Shown here piece after piece: positions 23,034 to 32,600 of a DNA stretch of 64,000 nucleotides (positions are counted from its first letter, which is position 1; each line of letters opens with the position of its first letter). This stretch comes from Rebecca billardiae RCC1528 (taxonomy: Eukaryota; Protista; Haptophyta). The notes under the pieces are model-generated. The model saw nothing but the letters and a program-made list of their open reading frames with translations, ran no database searches and was not told the origin of the DNA. The position numbers and the translations under genes are program-made. The stretch covers positions 1,550,001 to 1,614,000 of the forward strand of contig OZ251230.1 in assembly GCA_965240325.2 (NCBI GenBank), read 5' to 3'.

Positions 23034-24272
23034 TCAGCAGATGGCGTGCGCCGCATCCTGCCGATGCTCGTCCGCAGCGCACAGCAGCGCCTCCGCATGG
23101 GCAGCAGCCTCCTCTTCGTGATGGCTGCTCAACTCAAAGTGACGACGCAATGTTGCGACGGCGCGGCATGTGGCGGTCTGCGCCACAGCTGCTGCGGATC
23201 GCCCAGGGCCGGGACGGACCGGCCCGCCCGATGGACGTGAGCGGGCAGAGACGGTGGCTGTGAGCGCGCCGATCGCCAGGACGGCAACGATGGCCCCGGC
23301 AGCGATCGCGAGGGTGGGCGCGCGGCGTGCTGGTGACGCGCCAAGGTGTGGCGACCACACAGCTGGGCCTAAAGAGGCGCGAACGGCAGGGCTGGCAAGG
23401 AAGACGGTTGCGGAATCTCCTTCGTTGTCGAGTGGCCGGTCAATCGCGTCGCTCGCCCTGTCGCCGCCACCGCCACCTCCGCCACCACCACCACCGCCGC
23501 CGCCACCGCCGCCACTGCCGCCGCCACCGCCACCGCCGCCAGCCTCGGACTCTGGTGGCCGCTGCAGCAACACCAACAGAGCGTCTCCACCCTCGGCCAC
23601 GCCGTCGGCTCCGCCGGCTGCGCCACCCCTACCGCCACCGCTGGCGCCACCGCCGCTGGAACTCGCCGCTGGGGGCGCGCTCTCCACGAGGACGAGCGAG
23701 GATGGCGCGAGCGTGGCCGTCAGCACATCTCCGGCGGCTGCGGGCTTGCCCGCCTTGGCGGTGACTGGGACCGGCGGTGCCCACGCAGGGCTCGGCTGCT
23801 GCCCGGACGGTGAAGCGTCGCCCGATGGCGACGGCGACGTAGGCTGCGATGGCGAAAGCGGCGGAGATGCTGACGGCGAGGGAGTGGAAGACAGCACGGT
23901 CGAGGTTGTACTGCCGTCATCGCCTCCGTCCGAGCCCGAGTCACCGCCTTCAGCGTCAGGATGGCTTCCTGCGTGGTCATCGCCGTCGTGGTCGTCGTCA
24001 CCCCCGCCACCACCGCCGCCGCCTCCACCGCCGCCTCCACCGCCGCCACCGCCTCCCCCGCCGCCGCCGCCACCACCTCCACCGCCGCCGCCGCCGCCGT
24101 CGCCGCCGCCACCACCGCCGCCGCCTTGCATGCGACGACCGCGGTGGGTGGCGATGGTCGCAGAGAATGTTTTCCCCTGATCGGCGGGCAGAAGTGCGTT
24201 CACGCTCATAGGGAGGTACGCACAGGCCACTGCGGCCCAAGCGAGCCACACGAGCGCGAAGCAGCGCGACAT
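23034..24272 (-). CDS. Gly/Ser/Pro-rich single-pass membrane protein
   Basis: Signal peptide MSRCFALVWLAWAAVACA, two long poly-Gly tracts, and a C-terminal TM segment LAIAAGAIVAVLAIGALTATV. Confidence 0.65.
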   Translation of the reverse strand: MSRCFALVWLAWAAVACAYLPMSVNALLPADQGKTFSATIATHRGRRMQGGGGGGGGDGGGGGGGGGGGGGGGGGGGGGGGGGGGGGGGGGDDDHDGDDHAGSHPDAEGGDSGSDGGDDGSTTSTVLSSTPSPSASPPLSPSQPTSPSPSGDASPSGQQPSPAWAPPVPVTAKAGKPAAAGDVLTATLAPSSLVLVESAPPAASSSGGGASGGGRGGAAGGADGVAEGGDALLVLLQRPPESEAGGGGGGGGSGGGGGGGGGGGGGGGGGDRASDAIDRPLDNEGDSATVFLASPAVRASLGPAVWSPHLGASPARRAPTLAIAAGAIVAVLAIGALTATVSARSRPSGGPVRPGPGRSAAAVAQTATCRAVATLRRHFELSSHHEEEAAAHAEALLCAADEHRQDAAHAIC

Positions 24273-24439
24273 CTCGCGCCTCGTCGTCCAAGCCCTGCCG
24301 CCTGGCGCCTGCGTGCGGACCTCTTGACCAACCGCCACGCCTGTTCGCGAGCCGCAACCTGCACCATTGAAGATTGAAGATTCGTCGTGTGCCGAGGAGA
24401 GTCAAGAGACAGCGCCGGTGGGCCGCTCAATCACGCACG

Positions 24440-25366
24440 ATGGCGCCCCACATGTGGTGGTCGTTCGCCGCATGGACATGCCTTGGCTGCAGCCTCATGG
24501 TCGTGCTCGCCGCGAGCCGGCGATCGGGCAGCGCGGGCACGGTTGAAGCGCTCTCCCAGCCGCTCGTCTTCGCACACCGTGGCGCGGCTGTGGGCGCGCC
24601 GTCGGGTTCGCTCGAGGCGCTGCGCAGGCTGGCTGCAGATGGCATCTGCCACGTAGACGTTGATGCCTTCCGCACGCGCGACGCGCACCTCGTGATCGGG
24701 CATCCGGCTGAGCTCAGGCTAGACGACTCGGGTGCACGCTCAGCCGAGGATCTCTCACTCGACGAGCTGCGTGGCCTCGCGCCCGCCCAGAGCCTGCCAA
24801 CTGCCGAGGCCTACCTGAGGGAGGCCTCGCTCCTCTGCTCTGAGCAATCCCGGCGCGATGGCCTGCCAGCGGTACTGGTCGAGCCCAAGGGCAGAGCCGC
24901 CGCCGCGGAGAACATCGACGATACCCTCGCCACGCTCGCGCGCGCGTCCGCGACGCTGCACGCGGTCGGCGTGTGGCTGGAGCGCGCGGATGCAGCGGCA
25001 CGTGCGCCTGCCCCGCTCGTCCCCATCCTGCCGATCAAGGCTTGGCACGTGGAGCCGGAGGGGCGGGCGCTGCGCGCGGCGGACGTGCCGAGGCAGGCGA
25101 GCTGGCGCGGTAGCGGCCCGTACTGGCGCATGCTCACGCCCGAGTTCGCCGACGCGCACAGGCTGAACCGTTCGCACCCATCGTCTCGGATGTATCTTTT
25201 CACGTGGGTCGTGGACACTGAGGAGGCGACTCGCACAGCTCTCGGCGCGGGCGTGGATGCGATCATCTCCGACGACGCGCCGGCCGCGCGGCGAGCCGTG
25301 CTCAGACTTCTGGGCCACTACCGTCGTCGCGACGCTGACGCCAGTGCGCCGACCCAGGCTGCTTGA
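24440..25366 (+). CDS. Glycerophosphodiester phosphodiesterase (GDPD) family protein
   Basis: VFAHRG, VDVDAFRTRDAHLVIGH, LVEPK, FTWVVD, GVDAIISD; N-terminal hydrophobic anchor. Confidence 0.85.
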   Translation: MAPHMWWSFAAWTCLGCSLMVVLAASRRSGSAGTVEALSQPLVFAHRGAAVGAPSGSLEALRRLAADGICHVDVDAFRTRDAHLVIGHPAELRLDDSGARSAEDLSLDELRGLAPAQSLPTAEAYLREASLLCSEQSRRDGLPAVLVEPKGRAAAAENIDDTLATLARASATLHAVGVWLERADAAARAPAPLVPILPIKAWHVEPEGRALRAADVPRQASWRGSGPYWRMLTPEFADAHRLNRSHPSSRMYLFTWVVDTEEATRTALGAGVDAIISDDAPAARRAVLRLLGHYRRRDADASAPTQAA

Positions 25367-25488
25367 CTCTCGGACGTCCGGAGCCCTGCAACTCGATCTG
25401 ATTGATAATGTTATGATGCATGTAATTCAGCTCTGACAGTGAGACTCAGACAGTCGATCTTCGGCAGCCGAAGCATCGATAATAATAT

Positions 25489-25558
25489 GTCACTTGATAT
25501 CTGAAACTTCGCGTCATACGTATGAAGTACGTATATGAAGTTTCAGATATCGAGTGAC
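25489..25558. repeat. 70-bp hairpin (22-bp stem)
   Basis: gtcacttgatatctgaaacttc pairs with gaagtttcagatatcgagtgac, with one G:T pair. Confidence 0.85.
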
Positions 25559-26399
25559 CCAGTGCTGTAGTAGCAGTCAGGGCAGTCAGATCAGCTGTGC
25601 GTCATCAAATTCGGCTCGCGAGCGTGATGTCGTAGTGATGATGCATGATGCTGCTGATGTCGTCGATCAGTCCGCGCCCTCTCGGATAGTTCATCGTCTA
25701 CTCTGAGCTGCTGCTAAGCGCAGCGATTAAGCAGGCTTTATTAAGCACAGCGGGCCCGCGCGGGCCGGGCCAGGTGGCCGCGTGCGTGCGGGGCCCCGGG
25801 CGGGGGACTGCTGTCACTGCTGCATGAGGAGCTCGCTGATGCTGCGCTGATTCCGCTCAGCCGCTGATGATCTAATCCTTCCGGGACTACAGTATTAGGT
25901 TGAGACTCATCCGGCGCCGATACGATACGACGATCCGATATTATGACATCATCAAACATTTGGACATGCGCGACTACGTACTTCTGCGAGAATTATACAT
26001 CACCCGTCAGATCCGGCGTGATATATCGTCTCATCAGATACATCGTCTCGGCTTGCCTGCCTGAGGCTGATGGCGATGCGGTATGTCGTCATCAATCACG
26101 GTGTGCTGACTCGGCCACACGCCAACACGGACTGTTAGTTAGCTACTGCTCACTGCTGCTGCACTTGTTCACGGGTCACGAGTCCCTCCGGTCTGACCGG
26201 ATGTATCAGCTTATTGGAGTTCGGGGGCACTAGCTGCCCACTGGCATCAGACATCACGGGCCGGACAGCCAGGCTGCCAAGGCCCAAGCCCAGCCGAGCA
26301 GTATGACTCGCGCCAGAGTAGTCCCCCGGGATGGCGCGGGCGTACAGTACGGCGGCTGATGACTCGTCGCGACGTACTTCGCGCATCATGCACGTCGTA

Positions 26400-27928
26400 C
26401 TACCGGTCCATTCTACGCATCATCCGCCGGCCGCCGATTGAGCCTACATACACATCAATCTGCCACATGGACGCCGCGCTGAGCACGCCCAGCTCGGCGT
26501 CCCCGCCCGCGCGAGCAGAGACGGTGCCCAGGCCGCCGAGCGCCGGGCGCTCGCCGATGTCGACGGCCTCGACGGTCTCGTCCTGCTCGGCCGCCATGAC
26601 GCGCGGCAGCGGGATCACCACGCGCTGCGCCGCCAGCGCGATGAGCGCGTTCGCCTCCGCCTGCGCCTGCGAGAGCCGGTCGGTGAGGCGGCGCGTCGAT
26701 TTGCGCATGTTGATGCGTGCGCGGTGCATTCTTGGCCTGCGCGATCGAGCGCGTGCTCCCCGCCGCGGCCCACGAGCGGTGGAACGCTTCGTGCGAGCGC
26801 GAGACGCGCTCGGCGGTGCCCTCGCTCGAGCCCCTGCGGTCCTCCTCCTCCGCCGAGCCCTCGCCGCCCGGCGCGGGGATCAGCCCCAAACGCGGCCGAG
26901 CGTCGTCGGCAGCGCGGCGGTGCGCTGGGGCGTGCGCGCGGGCGTGCGCGCGGGCGGCAGAGCGGGCGCCGACTTGGGCGTGCCGCGCGCGGCGGGGCGG
27001 CGCGGCGGCGGCGAGGCGCCGACGGTGAGCGGCCGACCGTCCGGCCGCAAGCCGTCGTCGTACAGCACGCGCAGCCTGCTAAACGGCGTGCCGTGGTACG
27101 AGATCGTCGAGAAGGCCTGCAACGCCATCTCCTTAGCGCGCGCGCGCTCGGCCTCGAGCGCTACGCGCCGCTCGGCGCGGCAGGTGCGCGCCGCTTCGCC
27201 CACGCACGCCGCCACCCGTCCGCGGGCTGCGGCGCCGGCCGCTTGCGCGGGGCGCGGGCGCCCGACTGCACGCTCCGCAGCACCGCCGCGCGCGCGTGCT
27301 CGTCGGGGAGCAGCTTGTCCAGCTCGGTCGCCAGCGCGCGCACGTCCACCCAGACCGCGCGCAGCATGCGCTCGACGGCTGCGAACGCGCGCGTCGGCTC
27401 GAGGCGCTCGATCGTCTTGTACGCGCCGAGGGTGACGTTGAGCCCACCGCAGTGCTCAAACTGCCGCACGCAGTGCCGGTTGCGCACGCGCCCTCGCCCG
27501 AGCGCTGCCGCCGCCTCGTCGAAGCTGGGGCGCGACATGCCGAATGCCTCCGAGCAATGGCGCGCGCCGTCCATGTCACGGCCCGCGGTGCACTTGGACG
27601 CGTACGCCGAGGCGAAGCGCTCGAGCGGCTCTCTGTAGAAGACAGCGGCGTGCCACGTCGGGTCGGCCAGCCGCGCCGCGGCGTCCTCCACGCCCAGCCC
27701 GAAGTAGCGCAGCGTGTTGGTGTTCTACACGAACAGCTGCTTGCGCAGCGCCGGGTCGTGCGGCGTGCGGACCGCGCGGAAGAGCTGCACGAAGTTCTGG
27801 CTCGCGACCTTGTCGATCTTGCAGAAGAGGAGCCGTTGCTCCGGCACGAGGATGAAGGAGCTGTACGAAACGAACGGTTTCGTCAGCGTGACCGCCACCC
27901 GGTCGCGTTGCTCCTCGCGCCCGCCATC
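26400..27928 (-). pseudogene. Carbohydrate sulfotransferase (Sulfotransfer_2)-like pseudogene, 5'-truncated; host locus of the array
   Basis: 5'-PAPS motif LLFCKIDKVAS and 3'-PAPS motif FYREPLERFASAY. In-frame TAG at 27725-27727 where other copies have CAG. Coding-like sequence continues left of 27127 (KEMALQAFSTISYHGTPFSRL) with frameshifts. Confidence 0.75.
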
Positions 27929-28121
27929 ATTGTGCGGCCGCCATACAATTCCGCTCCGAAAGCTGATGAGTGTTCACCACTGGCGGGCGGCGGCTGACGA
28001 AACCTTGGTGACCGTGGTGCGGGCCGAGCGGACGCACGTGTGCGGCAGTGTGGCAAGCCCTCTGCAGCTCGTCAGCACGCGCGCCCTTCCGGGTGACGCT
28101 GCCGGGCGACGCGCGCGCCAC

Positions 28122-29318
28122 ATGGTCGACGTGAAGCACCCCAAGTGTGATCACACCGGCTGCACCAAGGTGGCTTCGTTCGGCATGCCGGGCGACGCGC
28201 GCGCCAGCCGGTGCGCTGCGCACAAGCTGGACGGCATGGTGGACGTGACGCACCGCAAGTGTGGTCACGCGGGCTGCACCAAGCTGCCTTCGTTCGGCAT
28301 GCCGGGCGACGCGCGCGCCATCCGGTGCGCCACGCACAAGCTGGCCGGCATGGTCGACCTGAAGCACCCCAAGTGTGATCACACCGGCTGCACCAAGCAG
28401 CCTCACTTCGGCATGCCGGGTGACGCGCGCGCCAGCCGGTGCGCTACGCACAAGCTGGCCGGCATGGTCGACCTGAAGCACCCCAAGTGTGATCACACCG
28501 GCTGCACCAAGGTGGCTTCGTTCGGCATGCCGGGCGACGCGCGCGCCAGCCGGTGCGCTACGCACAAGCTGGCCGGCATGGTGGACGTGAGGAGCCCCAC
28601 GTGTGATCACACAGGCTGCACCACGCGGCCTTGCTTCGGCATGCCGGGTGACGCGCGCGCCAGCCGGTGCGCCACGCACAAGCTGGCCGGCATGGTCGAC
28701 CGGAAGCACCCCAAGTGTGATCACACCGGCTGCACCAAGGGGCCTTCGTTCGGCATGCCGGGTGACGCGCGCGCCAGCCGGTGCGCTACGCACAAGCTGG
28801 CCGGCATGGTGGACGTGAGGAGCCCCAAGTGTGATCACACAGGCTGCACCAAGGTGGCTTCGTTCGGCATGCCGGGCGACGCGCGCGCCAGCCGGTGCGC
28901 CACGCACAAGCTGGCCGGCATGGTGGACGTGAGGTGCCCCAAGTGTGATCACACAGGCTGCACCACGCGGCCTACCTTCGGCATGCCGGGCGACGCGCGC
29001 GCCAGCCGGTGCGCTACGCACAAGCTGGCCGGCATGGTATGCAGTCGGCTCGCCGTCCCCAAGCGTAGGCTGGAGCATGGCACCGGCGACCAGGGCACAC
29101 GCGCAGCCAAGCGACAGCACGAACGCACCAGCCGCATTGCCACCGTCTCGGACTCCGCCCCGCAGCTGCCCGAACTGCCGCCGCTGGTTGGGAGACTGGA
29201 GAGACGAGGCATCGGGGCGGATTGCCGAACGCCGCCACACGACGGTGACACAGATGATGAGTCTGACCATTGGACGGTGACTGATGGCATCCGATCTGTC
29301 CTCCCCTTCCGACGATGA
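28122..29318 (+). CDS. EsV-1-7-type Cys-rich repeat protein, unit 1 (8 repeats)
   Basis: 8 x 114 bp encoding C-x4-C-x16-C-x2-H. Possible upstream in-frame ATG at 27966. Confidence 0.85.
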   Translation: MVDVKHPKCDHTGCTKVASFGMPGDARASRCAAHKLDGMVDVTHRKCGHAGCTKLPSFGMPGDARAIRCATHKLAGMVDLKHPKCDHTGCTKQPHFGMPGDARASRCATHKLAGMVDLKHPKCDHTGCTKVASFGMPGDARASRCATHKLAGMVDVRSPTCDHTGCTTRPCFGMPGDARASRCATHKLAGMVDRKHPKCDHTGCTKGPSFGMPGDARASRCATHKLAGMVDVRSPKCDHTGCTKVASFGMPGDARASRCATHKLAGMVDVRCPKCDHTGCTTRPTFGMPGDARASRCATHKLAGMVCSRLAVPKRRLEHGTGDQGTRAAKRQHERTSRIATVSDSAPQLPELPPLVGRLERRGIGADCRTPPHDGDTDDESDHWTVTDGIRSVLPFRR

Positions 29319-29407
29319 TGATGATTAGTTATTCCATTTATTCCGATTATGCTGATCGCACGTAGCACTATACTAGTTATTACCGAGTAGTACTACGTAT
29401 ATCATGA

Positions 29408-30232
29408 ATCTCCTTGGCGCGCGCGCGCTCGGCCTCGAGCGCGCAACGCGCCGCTCGGCGCGGCGGGCGCGCGCCGCTTCGCCCACGCACGCCGCCACCC
29501 GTCCGCGGGCTGCGGCGCCGGCCGCTTGCGCGGGCGCGGGCGCCCGACTGCACGCTCCGCAGCACCGCCGCGCGCGCGTGCTCGTCGGGGAGCAGCTTGT
29601 CCAGCTCGGGCGCCAGCGCGCGCACGTCCTGTCGTCCACCCCGACCGCGCGCAGCATGCGCTCGACGGCTGCGAACGCGCGCGTCGGCTCGAGGCGCTCG
29701 ATCGTCTTGTACGCGCCGAGGGTGGCGTTGAGCCCGCCGCAGTGCTCAGACTGCCGCACGCAGTGCCGGTTGTGCACGCGCCCTCGCCCGAGCGCTGCCG
29801 CCGCCTCGTCGAAGCTGGGGCGCGACATGCCGAATGCCTCCGAGCAATGGCGCGCGCCGTCCATGTCACGGCCCGCGGTGCACAGTGCACTTGGACGCGT
29901 ACGCCGAGGCGAAGCGCTCGAGCGGCTCTCTGTAGAAGACAGCGGCGTGCCACGTCGGGTCGGCCAGCCGCGCCGCGGCGTCCTCCACGCCCAGCCCGAA
30001 GTAGCGCAGCGTGTTGGTGTTCTGCACGAACAGCTGCTTGCGCAGCGCCGGGTCGTGCGGCGTGCGGACCGCGCGGAAGCGCGGAAGAGCTGCACGAAGT
30101 TCTGGCTCGCGACCTTGTCGATCTTGCAGAAGAGGAGCCGGTGCTCCGGCACGAGGATGAAGGAGCTGTACGAAACGAACGGTTTTGTCAGCGTGACCGC
30201 CACCCGGTCGCGTTGCTCCTCGCGCCCGCCAT
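29408..30232 (-). pseudogene. Sulfotransferase fragment, unit 2
   Basis: Same PAPS motifs, broken by short duplications near 29880 and 30075. Confidence 0.75.
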
Positions 30233-30426
30233 CATTGTGCGGCCGCCATACAATTCCGCTCCGAAAGCTGATGAGTGTTGACCACTGGCGGGCGGCGGCT
30301 GACGAAACCTTGGTGACCGTGGTGCGGGCCGAGCGGACGCACGTGTGCGGCAGTCTGGCAAGCCCTCTGCAGCTCGTCACCACGCGCGCCCTTCCGGGTG
30401 ACGCGGCCGGGCGACGCGCGCGCCTC

Positions 30427-31515
30427 ATGGTCGACGTGAAGCACCCCAAGTGTGAATACGAGGGCTGCACCATGCGGCCTTCCTTCGGCATACCGGGCGA
30501 CGCGCGCGCTAGACGGTGCGCTACGCACAAGCTGGCCGGCATGGTCAACGCGAGGAGCCCCAAGTGTGGTCACGCGGGCTGCACCACGCAGCCTACCTTC
30601 GGCATGCCGGGCGACGCGCGCGCCAGCCGGTGCGCTACGCACAAGCTGGCCGGCATGGTCGACGCGAAGCACCCCAAGTGTGATCACACAGGCTGCACCA
30701 AGGTGGCTTCGTTCGGCATGCCGGGCGACGCGCGCGCCAGCCGGTGCGCTACGCACAAGCTGGCCGGCATGGTGGACGTGAGGAGCCCCACGTGTGATCA
30801 CACCGGCTGCACCACGCGGCCTGCCTTCGGCATGCCGGGCGACGCGCGCGCCAGCCGGTGCGCTACGCACAAGCTGGCCGGCATGGTGGACGTGAGGAGC
30901 CCCAAGTGTGATCACACTGGCTGCACCAAGGTGCCTTACTTCGGCATGCCGGGAGACGCGCGCGCCAGCCGGTGCGCTAAGCACAAGCTGGCCGGCATGG
31001 TCGACCTGAAGAACCCCAAGTGTGATCACACCGGCTGCACCACGCGGCCTTCGTTCGGCATGCCGGGCGACGCGCGCGCCAGCCGGTGCGCTACGCACAA
31101 GCTGGCCGGCATGGTCGACGTGAAGCACCCCAAGTGTGATCACACTGGCTGCACCAAGCAGCCTAACTTCGGCATGCCGGGTGACGCGCGCGCCAGCCGG
31201 TGCGCTACGCACAAGCTGGCCGGCATGGTATGCAGTCGGCTCGCCGTCCCCAAGCGTAGGCTGGAGCATGGCACCGGCGACCAGGGCACACGCGCAGCCA
31301 AGCGACAGCACGAACGCACCAGCCGCATTGCCACCGTCTCGGACTCCGCCCCGCAGCTGCCCGAACTGCCGCCGCTGGTTGGGAGACTGGAGAGACGAGG
31401 CATCGGGGTGGATTGCCGAACGCCGCCACACGACGGTGACACAGATGATGAGTCTGACCATTGGACGGTGATGGCATCCGATCTGTCCTCCCCTTCCGAC
31501 GATGATGATGATTAA
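30427..31515 (+). CDS. EsV-1-7-type Cys-rich repeat protein, unit 2 (7 repeats)
   Basis: 7 x 114 bp; tail ends SDDDDD. Confidence 0.85.
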   Translation: MVDVKHPKCEYEGCTMRPSFGIPGDARARRCATHKLAGMVNARSPKCGHAGCTTQPTFGMPGDARASRCATHKLAGMVDAKHPKCDHTGCTKVASFGMPGDARASRCATHKLAGMVDVRSPTCDHTGCTTRPAFGMPGDARASRCATHKLAGMVDVRSPKCDHTGCTKVPYFGMPGDARASRCAKHKLAGMVDLKNPKCDHTGCTTRPSFGMPGDARASRCATHKLAGMVDVKHPKCDHTGCTKQPNFGMPGDARASRCATHKLAGMVCSRLAVPKRRLEHGTGDQGTRAAKRQHERTSRIATVSDSAPQLPELPPLVGRLERRGIGVDCRTPPHDGDTDDESDHWTVMASDLSSPSDDDDD

Positions 31516-31594
31516 TTATTCCATTTATTCCGATTATGCTGATCGCACGTAGCACTATACTAGTTATTACCGAGTAGTACTACGTATATCATGA

Positions 31595-32409
31595 ATCTCC
31601 TTGGCGCGCGCGCGCTCGGCCTCGAGCGCGCAACGCGCCGCTCGGCGCGGCAGACCTGTGCGCGCCGCTTCGCCCACGCACGCCGCCACCCGTCCGCGGG
31701 CTGCGGCGCCGGCCGCTTGCGCGGGGCGCGGGCGCCCGACTGCACGCTCCGCAGCACCGCCGCGCGCGCGTGCTCGTCGGGGAGCAGCTTGTCCAGCTCG
31801 GGCGCCAGCGCGCGCACGTCCTGTCGTCCACCCCCACCGCGCGCAGCATGCGCTCGACGGCTGCGAACGCGCGCGTCGGCTCGAGGCGCTCGATCGTCTT
31901 GTACGCGCCGAGGGTGATGTTGAGCCCGCCGCAGTGCTCAGACTGCCGCACGCAGTGCCGGTTGCGCACGCGCCCTCGCCCGAGCGCTGCCGCCGCCTCG
32001 TCGAAGCTGGGGCGCGACATTCCGAATGCCTCCGAGCAATGGCGCGCGCCGTCCATGTCACGGCCCGCGGTGCACTTGGACGCGTACGCCGAGGCGAAGC
32101 GCTCGAGCGGCTCTCTGTAGAAGACAGCGGCGTGCCACGTCGGGTCGGCCAGCCGCGCCGCGGCGTCCTCCACGCCCAGCCCGAAGTAGCGCAGCGTGTT
32201 GGTGTTCTGCACGAACAGCTGCTTGCGCAGCGCCGGGTCGTGCGGCGTGCGGACCGCGCGGAAGAGCTGCACGAAGTTCTGGCTCGCGACCTTGTCGATC
32301 TTGCAGAAGAGGAGCTGGTGCTCCGGCACGAGGATGAAGGAGCTGTACGAAACGAACGGTTTTGTCAGCGTGACCGCCACCCGGTCGCGTTGCTCCTCGC
32401 GCCCGCCAT
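31595..32409 (-). pseudogene. Sulfotransferase fragment, unit 3
   Basis: CKIDKVAS and YREPLERFASAY in one frame; frameshift after AVGVDD. Confidence 0.75.
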
Positions 32410-32600
32410 CATTGTGCGGCCGCCATACAATTCCGCTCCGAAAGCTGATGAGTGTTGACCACTGGCGGGCGGCTGACGAAACCTTGGTGACCGTGGTGCG
32501 GGCCGAGCGGACGCACGTGTGCGGCAGTCTGGCAAGCCCTCTGCAGCTCGTCACCACGCGCGCCCTTCCGGGTGACGCGGCCGGGCGACGCGCGCGCCTC

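Noticed and set aside
29370-29415. Helitron termini at unit junctions (CTAG ... A|TC)
   Set aside because: There is no convincing GC-rich subterminal hairpin, the TC lies inside continuous host sequence in unit 1, CTAG is absent at the right end of the array, and there is no Rep/helicase. Rolling-circle amplification is not excluded but is unsupported.
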